64,000 bases of DNA from Brevundimonas sp. (GCF_035998205.1 NZ_DASYHT010000003.1:110921-174920); one strand, 5' to 3'; shown: positions 37,165-45,673, counted from the first letter of the stretch. Notes: generated by a model not told the origin, from the sequence alone. Numbers and translations: made by a program.

Positions 37165-37180
37165 TTGAGAGCGTTCACAA
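37165..37180. promoter_or_regulatory. Second LacI-family operator, in the divergent region upstream of the GH3 gene
   Basis: TTGAGAGCGTTCACAA shares the GCGTTCACAA half-site with 34443..34458 and fits TGnnAnCGnTnnCA. Confidence 0.65.
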
Positions 37181-37376
37181 TGGCAAATGGAGCCGGCCCC
37201 GACGGGCGGCGCAGATCCCCTTTCGGCCGGTCAAAGCGCGCCCCGGCTCCCGTCTCGCCGCCAGCCCGATGGCCGCACGTGCGGGATTTCGCCTTTTGCA
37301 CCAGCGGTCGCCTCGGCTAGGACTGGATGATCGTGGCGAAGACCGCGAGACGACGTCAGGCGTGAGGCGGGGGCCA

Positions 37377-38309
37377 ATGCCAGAGGGAACCGGGGAGATC
37401 ATGGCCGGCCGGGGCACGCCGGCAGGCGGCCTGTCGCGAGGGCGTGATCGCCGCTTTGGCGCGCCACGCGCGGCGGCCTATCCCGTGGATCTGCTGCGCC
37501 GGAGCGGCGGTCGTCACCGCAAGGCCCAACTGCATGGGGAACACCTGGGCTGGACCGTTGACGCGGCCGGCCATCCCGAGGCCGTCGACCACAGCGGCCG
37601 CTGGCGCCTGCAGGCGCGTTTCGGTCTGGTCTGGGCCCGGCCCGCAGACAGCGATCCGGAGCTTCCAGCCCTGCCGCCCGCGCCCGGCGACACCCTCTTC
37701 CCCATCGCCTATTCCGAGGTGCCCGCCACGGCCGACTACGACCAGGCGGTGCTCGGCCTCGTCGACCCGGCCCATGTGCCGATGATCCACCGGTCGTGGT
37801 GGTGGCGCTCCGACCGGCGCCGCGAGAAGACCAAGGCCTACGCCCCCTCCCCCTTCGGCTTCACCGCCATGGCCGCGGACGACTTCGCCTCCACCGCGGT
37901 CTACGACCTGGTGAAGCAGGAGCGGCGGGTCACGATCGAGTTCCGCCTGCCCTCGATCCGGCTGGAGCGGGTCACGGCCAGGGGCTTCGAGCTGATCAAC
38001 CTGACCACCATCACCCCGGTGCGCGAGGGCCATGTGGTGCTGCGCAACCTGATCCTGTGCAGCGACCGGCGGCTGACCCTGCTGCACCCCTTCCTGTCGG
38101 CCACGGGGCGGGTGTTCCTGCGCCAGGACGTGGGCATCCTCGAGCGGCTGGAGGGGCGCTCGCCGCACCTGCCGCTGGTGTTCGTCGGCGACGCGGACAA
38201 GCCCGCGGCCTTCTACTTCGCCGCCAAGGCCGCCCTGGCCCGCGCCGAGCGCGACGGCGTCCCCTTCGTCAATCCGGTGGAAGCCCAGACCCTGAAATGG
38301 CGCACCTGA
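37377..38309 (+). CDS. Rieske-type oxygenase alpha-subunit-like protein (PaO/VanA-like catalytic domain) without recognisable Rieske Cys/His ligands; possibly degenerate
   Basis: The mononuclear-iron motif D-x2-H-x4-H is present (VDPAHVPMIH). The N-terminus is short and R/G-rich, with HGEHLGW where CxxHGW is expected and no CxH. Start uncertain (ATG 37377 or 37401; ORF-track 37269 has poorer GC3). Confidence 0.55.
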   Translation: MPEGTGEIMAGRGTPAGGLSRGRDRRFGAPRAAAYPVDLLRRSGGRHRKAQLHGEHLGWTVDAAGHPEAVDHSGRWRLQARFGLVWARPADSDPELPALPPAPGDTLFPIAYSEVPATADYDQAVLGLVDPAHVPMIHRSWWWRSDRRREKTKAYAPSPFGFTAMAADDFASTAVYDLVKQERRVTIEFRLPSIRLERVTARGFELINLTTITPVREGHVVLRNLILCSDRRLTLLHPFLSATGRVFLRQDVGILERLEGRSPHLPLVFVGDADKPAAFYFAAKAALARAERDGVPFVNPVEAQTLKWRT

Positions 38310-38333
38310 CGCGCGCGGCGGCGGCGGGGAAGG

Positions 38334-38348
38334 TCTGGCGGAGACGGA
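38334..38348. repeat. Distal copy of a 15-nt direct repeat identical to the 3' end of tRNA-Ser(GCU) (att-like)
   Basis: TCTGGCGGAGACGGA is an exact match to 39868..39882. Confidence 0.8.
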
Positions 38349-38460
38349 ACAAGGCCATGTGTGCCGAACTTATTGGCCCTCGAGCAGTGAGCTCGACGAG
38401 CAAATTCAAGGCTTGGATCAGCGCGAGCGGGCCTCCGTCCAATGGCCGAACGCCAGTAGG

Positions 38461-38958
38461 CTACGTCGCCTGAAGCTGGTCCCAAGCATCTCGGTATCGC
38501 TCGAGCCAACCCGGGCCAAAGGCGTCGCCCAAACCCAGGTGAGCGTAGCTCGGCAAGAACCGCCTCATCTCTCCATCCTTATGAGCCTGTCCATTCCGGC
38601 CCGGCTTCGCGAGCCAGGTCTGATGCGACAGGCGCAACACATCAGCAACCGTGGCGCTCGGCACGACAAAGGCGTCGGGCAGTCGGTCCGCCTCATTCGG
38701 AAACGAAAGGAAGACGTAGAACAGACTCTCGCCGCGAATGAGCTCGTGCTTCGCCTTCATGTGCCAGCCACCATCGGCCCCGATTTCGCGCCGGGTCTTC
38801 ACCTGAATGGCGCTTGCCCGCTCGCCCATATCGTCGGTGACAACAATATCGGCCGTCGGCACACCCACGGGAGCGAGAGCAGCGATGAAACCACGTCGGA
38901 GGAGCTGTGACATGGCATAGTGTTCGCCTGCCGCTCCGAGAAGAGAAGATGGGGACAT
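38461..38958 (-). CDS. PD-(D/E)xK nuclease-like protein (Hjc/restriction-endonuclease-like core), hypothetical
   Basis: 165 aa. GAAGEHYAMSQLLRRGFIAALAPVGVPTADIVVTDDMGERASAIQVKT has the helix-E / strand-D / (Q)xK arrangement of the PD-(D/E)xK fold. Confidence 0.5.
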   Translation of the reverse strand: MSPSSLLGAAGEHYAMSQLLRRGFIAALAPVGVPTADIVVTDDMGERASAIQVKTRREIGADGGWHMKAKHELIRGESLFYVFLSFPNEADRLPDAFVVPSATVADVLRLSHQTWLAKPGRNGQAHKDGEMRRFLPSYAHLGLGDAFGPGWLERYRDAWDQLQAT

Positions 38959-39302
38959 GATTTGCGCCTCCTCGATGCGAATGTTCTGGCTGGGTCATCA
39001 AATTGCTCTTCTGAATACGAGGCATCGGCAATCAACGTACACTTGCAACGCGCCATACGGCCTCCTCGCACCAGATGGCGGACGAGAGCGATAGCTGAAA
39101 TCACGGGAAGGGCGATGGCCCGTGCAACGCGCCCGGCCGCGACCGACACTGAGAGGCATTGACGGAGATGGACGCGAGGTTTCGCCAACGCGCTAGGTAT
39201 CGCAGAATCCGGACGCCGGTATGGGCGTGCATGGCGTGCGTTGTCGGAGATCAGACCAGACCCTAACGTAGCTCATCCACCGACGTACCAAGGGAACGCC
39301 TC

Positions 39303-39746
39303 ATGATGCTGTTAGCCCAAGCTGCCGCACTGCTCCTTGCTTGCGATGGGGTCGGTGAAGTCCCAACCACTGACACGGCTAACGTGACGGGTTTCCAGAA
39401 CGGCGAGTTTCGCACCGGGCGCGTTACAGTGCATTCTTCGACCACCAAGGACCTTCGAGTGATGGTCGAAATCCTCGGGGATACCGGGCGCATTCGCCTT
39501 CCTGAGGAGCTTGTCCCCTACATGCGCTCTCGCAGCGATGAAGGCTGGCGTCCGCTGAACGACCTCAGGCTGACGCGGGAACAGATGGAGGGCTCCTTCG
39601 TCCTTGGCTTGGGCAACCGCCCCCATGTCGTGATTGACCGACTCACCGGCGAGCTTCGTATTCGAGGCACAAGCCTCCTCACGGGTACCACCTCGTTTGA
39701 TGGCGTATGCCGCCCGGTCGAGGCTCCCACCGAGCCACTTTTCTGA
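39303..39746 (+). CDS. Putative lipoprotein (hypothetical), atypical codon usage
   Basis: MMLLAQAAALLLAC lipobox. 147 aa. Many A/T-ending codons, unlike the rest of the window. Confidence 0.55.
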   Translation: MMLLAQAAALLLACDGVGEVPTTDTANVTGFQNGEFRTGRVTVHSSTTKDLRVMVEILGDTGRIRLPEELVPYMRSRSDEGWRPLNDLRLTREQMEGSFVLGLGNRPHVVIDRLTGELRIRGTSLLTGTTSFDGVCRPVEAPTEPLF

Positions 39747-39838
39747 AGACGGGCCGATCTAAAGGCACGGACTTCACCGTTGTCCGCCGTTAAGTCGGGG
39801 GGCACGTTAGGGACGCAGCCCGCCAGCCCAAAATTTAT

Positions 39839-39864
39839 CAAAGAAAATCAACGCCATAGGGCGT
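39839..39864 (-). terminator. Terminator-like hairpin just downstream of tRNA-Ser
   Basis: On the minus strand, ACGCCCTATGGCGT is followed by TGATTTTCTTTG. Confidence 0.5.
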
Positions 39865-39867
39865 AAA

Positions 39868-39882
39868 TCTGGCGGAGACGGA
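39868..39882. repeat. Proximal copy of the 15-nt direct repeat (tRNA-Ser 3' acceptor end, CCA and 2 nt)
   Basis: TCTGGCGGAGACGGA is an exact match to 38334..38348. Confidence 0.8.
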
Positions 39883-39961
39883 GGGATTCGAACCCTCGGT
39901 ACCCCTTACAGGGTACGACGATTTAGCAAACCGTTGCCTTCAGCCACTCGGCCACGTCTCC
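39870..39961 (-). tRNA. tRNA-Ser (anticodon GCU)
   Basis: The reverse complement GGAGACGTGGCCGAGTGGCTGAAGGCAACGGTTTGCTAAATCGTCGTACCCTGTAAGGGGTACCGAGGGTTCGAATCCCTCCGTCTCCGCCA folds as a cloverleaf. It has a 7-bp acceptor stem, anticodon loop TTGCTAA, a long variable arm, a GTTCGAATC T-loop and an encoded CCA. Confidence 0.92.
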
Positions 39962-40024
39962 GGCAGGCGGTGTCGATAGCGAACCCGACGCCCCGGCGCA
40001 ACGCACTTTCGCGCGCCAGGCCCG

Positions 40025-41050
40025 TCAGCCGGGCGGAAGCGGAAAGCGGAGCACGCTGTGCGTCGTGGTCAGATACACGACCCCGTCACCGACAGCGAAG
40101 TTGGCGCCGCCCGGCGCGCCCGGATCGATCGTCCAGTCAAGGCTCCAGTCAGAGATGCGATAGCCCCTCAGCTCTCCGCCTACCAGCCGGACCAGCAGAT
40201 GGGTCGATGTCCATCCCAGTTGCGCCACCCGTTCACGCGACGGGTGGAACTCAAGCGTCGCCACAGTGGGTTCCCAGGGGGTGGCCAGCCGGATCACATG
40301 CACCAGTCCGGTTCGCCCACGGGCATGATCCTCCGGCGCGGGCGGCGTTTCGATCGCGATCAATCCCCCCTGCCCGACCGCCTGCGAAGGCCGCCGGCCG
40401 AACGGGAGCAGCACGGGGGCCTCCGCCCCGGGGCCCAGCAATGCCACCCGGCCTGACGCTTCGAAGAGACGCCACTCTGCGCCATCGACCACGGCGAGGA
40501 CGGCGAGACGCGGCAGCGCCGGCGGTCGGGTGAGACGCCCGATACGATCAACATGCCGCCGCTCGCCAAACAGGGAGACGAGCGCGTAGCCATTCTGCCA
40601 GACCAACAGATCGACCCCCGGCGGCATCGGCAACTCAACATCGTATTCCCGGACCTGGCGCATGGCGATGTCGAGAATCCGCAGCACGCCCCGGTCATTG
40701 GTCCGTTCAACCCAGGCCAGCTCTCGACCATCCGGAGAGAACAGCATCAAGCAGCTTCCCGCCCCGGGAGGGGAGACAAAGCCATTGCTCTGCCCCTGGA
40801 CGCGAAACACCTCGCGATCGTCGATGAACAGAAGGATTTCGTTCCGGTAGGTGTCGGCGATGGCGACCTTGTCGGCAAAGGCCGCGATGGCGACAGGGAG
40901 ACCGCCGTCCCAAAGGATCCGGGCCGGGTCCGAAGCCAGAGCGATCGCCGCAGGGCCCTGCAGGCCGAGAACGGCTACCGAAGCAGCAAGCCCGAACACG
41001 CCGCGGCGGCTCAGGAGTCGTCCGGCTTCATCCCTTCCCTGCCCCCCCAA
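40025..41050 (-). CDS. Tat-signal secreted hypothetical protein (beta-rich, possibly propeller-like)
   Basis: 341 aa. The twin-arginine motif SRRGVFGL is followed by a hydrophobic region and ALA. It lies 6 nt downstream of degP. Confidence 0.6.
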   Translation of the reverse strand: MGGQGRDEAGRLLSRRGVFGLAASVAVLGLQGPAAIALASDPARILWDGGLPVAIAAFADKVAIADTYRNEILLFIDDREVFRVQGQSNGFVSPPGAGSCLMLFSPDGRELAWVERTNDRGVLRILDIAMRQVREYDVELPMPPGVDLLVWQNGYALVSLFGERRHVDRIGRLTRPPALPRLAVLAVVDGAEWRLFEASGRVALLGPGAEAPVLLPFGRRPSQAVGQGGLIAIETPPAPEDHARGRTGLVHVIRLATPWEPTVATLEFHPSRERVAQLGWTSTHLLVRLVGGELRGYRISDWSLDWTIDPGAPGGANFAVGDGVVYLTTTHSVLRFPLPPG

Positions 41051-41056
41051 TGTCGG

Positions 41057-42436
41057 TCACCGCACCACGCCGGTCAGGCGCTGGCCGCGGCGCTCAATGG
41101 TGACCTCGGCGCCCGGCGGCACGGCGGCCAGCTGGTCCACGGCGGTCACCTGGCGGCCGTTCAGCAGCAGGATGATGTCGCCGCCGCGCAGGCCGGTGCG
41201 CTGGGCGTAGCCGCCGCGCTCGACGCCGGCGACGATCACGCCGGAGGCGAAGGGGTTGCCGCCGAGGCTGTCGGCCAGGGCCGGGTTGAGCGCCAGCACC
41301 CGCGCCCCGGCGAAGACGCCGCGGCTGAGGGTGACAGCGCGTTCGACATCGGCCTCGCCCGGCAGGCGCTCGACGCGGGCGCGCAGGGTGCGGGGCTGGC
41401 CGTCGCGCAGGACGGTGACCTCAACCGCACTGCCCGGCTCGCGGGTGCCGACGCGGAAGTTCAGGCCGCCCTGGTCATTGACCTCGGCGCCGTCGACGGC
41501 GGTGATGATGTCGCCGGTCTCGAGACCGGCCCGGTCGCCGGGCCCGCCGCTGTAGACGTCGGTGATCACCAGCCCCTGCGGCCGCTCGAGACCGAGGCTG
41601 CGGGCGGCGTCGGCGGACAGGCTCTCGCCCCGCACCCCCAGCCACGGCCGGATCACGGCGCTGGCCCCGCCGACGGCGGAGTCAACCACCCGCTTGACCA
41701 TGGTGGCCGGCACGGCGAAGCCGACGCCCGACGAGGTGCCGGTGCGCGAGAAGATGGCGGTGTTGATGCCGATCAGGTCGCCGTCCATGTCGACCAGCGC
41801 CCCGCCCGAGTTGCCCGGGTTGATCGCGGCGTCGGTCTGGATGAAGGAGCCGGAGTCCGAGATGCCGGTCTCGGTGCGGTTGAGCGCCGAGATGATGCCG
41901 TTGGTCACCGTCTGGCCAACCCCGAACGGGTTGCCGATGGCCAGCACCAGATCGCCGACCTGCTGCTCCTCCTGATCGTCGATGCGCAGCACCGGCAGGG
42001 CTTCGTCCACCCCCTGCAGCTGCAGCACGGCGATGTCCGAGCGCTCGTCGGCCAGCACCACCCGGGCCGGGAACTCGCGCCGGTCGTTGAGGATGACGCG
42101 GATCTCGCTCATGCCCTGGATGACGTGGTTGTTGGTCACCACCACGCCGTTGGGCCGGACGATGACGCCGGAGCCGACCGAGCCGGTCTGGCGCTGGCCG
42201 GCGGGCAGGCCCCAGAAGGGGTCGCGCACGCGCTGCACCCCGCGCGCCGAGATGTTGACCACGGCCGGGGCCGCCTCGCGAACCACGGGGGCGAAGCTGG
42301 CCTTCATCGACAGGGCGTCGCCCGGCACGACGCGCTCGGCCCCGGCGAAGACCCCGTCCTGGGCGCTGGTCTCCCCGGCCTGGCCGCAGGCGGCCACCGA
42401 CAGGGCGAGCAGGAGCGCGACGGAGCTGGTCTTCAT
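41057..42436 (-). CDS. degP: Periplasmic serine endoprotease DegP/HtrA family (protease domain plus two PDZ domains)
   Basis: TNNHVI (His), GNSGGALV (Ser) and two PDZ regions. The start was chosen at ATG 42436 (MKTSSVALLLALSVAACG); alternative ATGs exist up to 42466. Confidence 0.9.
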   Translation of the reverse strand: MKTSSVALLLALSVAACGQAGETSAQDGVFAGAERVVPGDALSMKASFAPVVREAAPAVVNISARGVQRVRDPFWGLPAGQRQTGSVGSGVIVRPNGVVVTNNHVIQGMSEIRVILNDRREFPARVVLADERSDIAVLQLQGVDEALPVLRIDDQEEQQVGDLVLAIGNPFGVGQTVTNGIISALNRTETGISDSGSFIQTDAAINPGNSGGALVDMDGDLIGINTAIFSRTGTSSGVGFAVPATMVKRVVDSAVGGASAVIRPWLGVRGESLSADAARSLGLERPQGLVITDVYSGGPGDRAGLETGDIITAVDGAEVNDQGGLNFRVGTREPGSAVEVTVLRDGQPRTLRARVERLPGEADVERAVTLSRGVFAGARVLALNPALADSLGGNPFASGVIVAGVERGGYAQRTGLRGGDIILLLNGRQVTAVDQLAAVPPGAEVTIERRGQRLTGVVR

Positions 42437-42511
42437 GACGGACATCATCCTCGGGTGGGCGATCATGCCAGACTATCTGCGCCGCTTTCCGGCGTCTTCA
42501 AGGCCCGCACC

Positions 42512-43762
42512 TTACGGAATCATGGCCGGCAGGGTGTCTTCGGGGCGACCGTCGCCGGCCGGCACAGCGATCCCGAGCAGGCGACCAAGCAAAGGGTGCA
42601 CGTCGACGCTATCGAGGTTTTCCAGCACCGTCCCGGGCCGGATGGCGGGCCCATGGACGATGAACAGGGCCGCCATCTCCGGGGCGGCGGGATCATAGCC
42701 GTGGGCCCCGCCGGCGCGTGTCACCGGGCGGGCGCGGGTGGCGAGCAGCCAGCCCGGCTCCGCCGCGCAGACGATGGACGAGACGCGCGGGTTGCGGCCC
42801 AGCGCCAGCCGCGCGGGGATGGTGGCGCGGGTCCAGCACTCGGCGTGCGAATGACGCCGGACCAGCGCCGCCTCAACCTCGGCCTCGCGTCCCGCGACCG
42901 GCTCAAGGAAAGCCGCAGCGCCGGCGTAGATGATCTCCAGCGCCGCCGGATCGACGAGGTGGTCCAGCCAGACCACGCGTGACGGGTCGGTCGCGGCCAT
43001 GCCGTGGTCGGCGACAACGACCAGATGCGTCCGCGCGTCCAGGCCACGCGCCTCCAGCCCCTGCAGCAGCCGGGCCATCGCCGCATCGACCTCGGCCGCC
43101 GCGGCGGTGGTCTCCGGCGCATCGGGGCCGTGACGGTGACCGGCGGAGTCGACGATGTCGAAATAGAGGGTGGCGAAGGCCGGGGGCTGCGGCCCGTCCA
43201 GCCAGGCGAGGATCTGGTCCACGCGCGCTTCGCCCGACAGATCCTGATCGAACTCGCGCCAGTGCGTGGGGCGCACGCCGCGGATCTCGGTCTCGGACCC
43301 TGGCCAGAACATGGTGCCAGTGGTCAGCCCGGCCTTCTCGGCGGTGACCCAGAGGGGTTCAGCCTGGTCCCACCATGGCGTCTCCTTGCGGGCCATGCTG
43401 AAGCGACCGAGCTCCGCATCGATGAAGGCGTTGCCGACGATGCCGTGGCGGTCCGGGTGGAGCCCGGTGACGAGGGTGTAGTGGTTGGGGAAGGTGACGC
43501 TCGGGAACGACGGCCGCATGGCGGCGCGGGCCCCGCCCTCCGCCAGGGCCGACAGGGTCGGGGTGGCCCCCCGCTGCAGGTAGTCCGGCCGGAAGCCATC
43601 GATCGAGACCAGGATCGTCAGCGGCGCCAGCGGCCGGAGATCGGACACCGCAACCGCCTGCCCCCGCGGTTCCGCTTCACCGGCGGAGGCGGCTGTGACG
43701 GGCAGCCACGCGAGGGCGACGGCGAGCACGGGGAGGAGCGAGGCGAACAGGATACGGGACAT
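42512..43762 (-). CDS. Ectonucleotide pyrophosphatase/phosphodiesterase (NPP, alkaline-phosphatase superfamily), secreted
   Basis: 416 aa, signal peptide, VSIDGFRPDYL and SFPSVTFPNHYTLVTGLHPDRHGIVGN. Confidence 0.85.
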   Translation of the reverse strand: MSRILFASLLPVLAVALAWLPVTAASAGEAEPRGQAVAVSDLRPLAPLTILVSIDGFRPDYLQRGATPTLSALAEGGARAAMRPSFPSVTFPNHYTLVTGLHPDRHGIVGNAFIDAELGRFSMARKETPWWDQAEPLWVTAEKAGLTTGTMFWPGSETEIRGVRPTHWREFDQDLSGEARVDQILAWLDGPQPPAFATLYFDIVDSAGHRHGPDAPETTAAAAEVDAAMARLLQGLEARGLDARTHLVVVADHGMAATDPSRVVWLDHLVDPAALEIIYAGAAAFLEPVAGREAEVEAALVRRHSHAECWTRATIPARLALGRNPRVSSIVCAAEPGWLLATRARPVTRAGGAHGYDPAAPEMAALFIVHGPAIRPGTVLENLDSVDVHPLLGRLLGIAVPAGDGRPEDTLPAMIP

Positions 43763-43878
43763 GCAGGGCGACTCCGGAACAGGTGAGGTTGCCTATTCTT
43801 AATCTGCGACGCCCCCGCGACGGCTTGACCCGCGGGGTCGAAGCGGGGCCCGATACGCGCGAAACGGGAGGGGCGCCC

Positions 43879-44805
43879 ATGACAGCGGTGATCGCGACAC
43901 GCGGACTGACCAAGACCTTCGGCGATGTGAAGGCGCTGGACGGGCTGGACCTGACCATTCCGAAGGGCGGCATCTACGGCGTGCTCGGGCCCAACGGCGC
44001 GGGCAAGTCGACCCTGTTCCGCATCCTTCTGGGGCTGATCCGGCCGACCGCGGGCGAGGCCGAGGTGCTGGGCGGGCCGATCGCCGCCCCGGGGGCCCTG
44101 CGCCGCACCGGCTCGATGATCGAGACGCCGCGCTTTCCCCCCTTCCTCACCGCCCGCCAGGTGCTGGGCTGGATGGCCCGGGCCCAGGGCCTGTCGCCGG
44201 ACGCGGCGGAGATCGCCCGCTGGCTGGACCGGGTCGGCCTCGCCGCCGCCGCCGACCGGCGGGTGCGGGGCTTCTCGGTCGGCATGATGCAGCGCCTCGG
44301 CGTCGCCGCCGCCCTGCTCCACCGCCCCGACCTCGTGATCCTCGACGAGCCGACCAGCGGCATGGACCCGCCGGGCATCCAGGAGATGCGCGCCCTGATC
44401 CGCTCGCTCGCCGCCGACGACGGGGTGACGGTGATCCTCGCCAGCCACCAGCTGCTGGAGGTGCAGCGGGTGTGCGACCGGGTGGCGATCCTCAACAAGG
44501 GCCGGCTGGTGCGCGAAGGGGCGGTGTCGGAGCTGACCGCCGTGGGCGAACGGCTGCGGCTGCAGGCCACGCCGCTGGCGCGCATCCTCGACACCCTCGG
44601 GGCGAAGGGCGCGCGTGAGGGCGACGCGGTGCTGGCCGACATCCCCCGCGACGAGGCCCCGGCCCTGATCCGGGCCCTGGTCGAGGCCGGGGTCGAGATC
44701 AGCGAGGCCCGCTGGGTCGGCGCCGACCTCGAGGGTGTGTTCTTCAGCGAAACCGGCGTCGAACGGGCGCCCGAACCGATCCAGGGGGTGTCCCATGTGG
44801 GCTGA
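43879..44805 (+). CDS. ABC transporter ATP-binding protein (ABC-2 exporter type)
   Basis: ATG 43879 after GGGAGGGG. Walker A GPNGAGKST, signature FSVGMMQR and Walker B LVILDEPTSGMD. Confidence 0.9.
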   Translation: MTAVIATRGLTKTFGDVKALDGLDLTIPKGGIYGVLGPNGAGKSTLFRILLGLIRPTAGEAEVLGGPIAAPGALRRTGSMIETPRFPPFLTARQVLGWMARAQGLSPDAAEIARWLDRVGLAAAADRRVRGFSVGMMQRLGVAAALLHRPDLVILDEPTSGMDPPGIQEMRALIRSLAADDGVTVILASHQLLEVQRVCDRVAILNKGRLVREGAVSELTAVGERLRLQATPLARILDTLGAKGAREGDAVLADIPRDEAPALIRALVEAGVEISEARWVGADLEGVFFSETGVERAPEPIQGVSHVG

Positions 44806-45667
44806 CGCAACCCGCGCCGAGGCGTTTCGCCTGATTCACAGCCGCACCACCTGGTTCTGGAGCGTGGTCTTCCTGCCGATCCTGACCCTCGTGTTCGGAG
44901 TGCTGGCGGCCTGGGTGATGAAGTCCAACATGGAGCGCCTCGCCGCCGACACGGACGCGCCGCCGGAGCTCAAGGCCATGCTGGTCTCGGGCCCGATGAA
45001 CCTCGGCGAGTCCCTGCTGCAGTCGGCCGGCAACCTGGCCGGGCCGGGCCTGCTGCTGTTCACCCTGATCGGGGCCGCCACCGTCTACGCCGGCGACTAT
45101 CGCTGGGAGACCTGGCGGCTGCTGCGCCCCCGTAACGGCCGCATCCCGCTGGTCATCGGCAAGGTGCTGGTGGTGACCGGCCTCAGCCTGATCGCCATGG
45201 TCGTGCTGACCGCCGCCACCATGAGCTCCGAAGTGATCCGCGGCGTCATCTTCAACCGCACCCTCGGCTTCAGCCTCGACGGGAGCGAGGTCGGGACCCT
45301 GTTTGCCCTGTGGGGTCTGGCCGCCCTGCGGGTCAGCCAGTTCCTGATGCTGGGGCTGCTGGCCGCCGTCGCCACCCGCTCGCTGATGGCCGCCCTGTTC
45401 GTGCCGCTGGCGGTGGGGGTGGCCCAGTTCCTCGCCCCTAACCTGCTGGGGGCTATGGGGCAGGCCCCGGACAGCTGGATCGTGCTGCTGGCCAGCCCGG
45501 GCGCGGCCCTCGCGGCGCTGCAAGGGCTGCTGGACCCGACCGCCGTGGCCCTCGCCGACCCCGGCCTGCTGCCGCTCAAGGCCTGGCTCAGCCTGATCGG
45601 CTGGACTGTACTGCCACTGGCGGGCGCGCTGGCCCTGTTCCAGCGTCAGGACCTGTCGAAGGAATAA
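44795..45667 (+). CDS. ABC-2 type transporter permease
   Basis: ATG 44795 overlaps the ATPase gene by 11 nt. 290 aa with about 6 TM segments. Confidence 0.75.
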   Translation: MWADATRAEAFRLIHSRTTWFWSVVFLPILTLVFGVLAAWVMKSNMERLAADTDAPPELKAMLVSGPMNLGESLLQSAGNLAGPGLLLFTLIGAATVYAGDYRWETWRLLRPRNGRIPLVIGKVLVVTGLSLIAMVVLTAATMSSEVIRGVIFNRTLGFSLDGSEVGTLFALWGLAALRVSQFLMLGLLAAVATRSLMAALFVPLAVGVAQFLAPNLLGAMGQAPDSWIVLLASPGAALAALQGLLDPTAVALADPGLLPLKAWLSLIGWTVLPLAGALALFQRQDLSKE

Positions 45668-45673
45668 GCGGCG

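Larger units (their letters stand above)
38334..39882. mobile_element. 1.5-kb low-GC islet at tRNA-Ser bounded by 15-nt direct repeats (integrative-element remnant; no integrase present)
   Basis: Direct repeats at both ends. The interior is visibly less GC-rich (mid-50s percent in the intergenic parts by eye) with atypical codon usage. It sits on the 3' side of the tRNA. Confidence 0.6.

Noticed and set aside
38799-39188. 129-aa minus-strand ORF in the islet intergenic region
   Set aside because: It overlaps the 5' end of the nuclease-like gene in another frame, has a Cys/Arg/Ser-rich odd composition, and has no RBS.
38310-39869. Integrase, recombinase or transposase within the tRNA-Ser islet
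   Set aside because: No ORF of suitable size or sequence is present. Only the nuclease-like and lipoprotein ORFs look coding, so the islet is called a remnant and not an active element.
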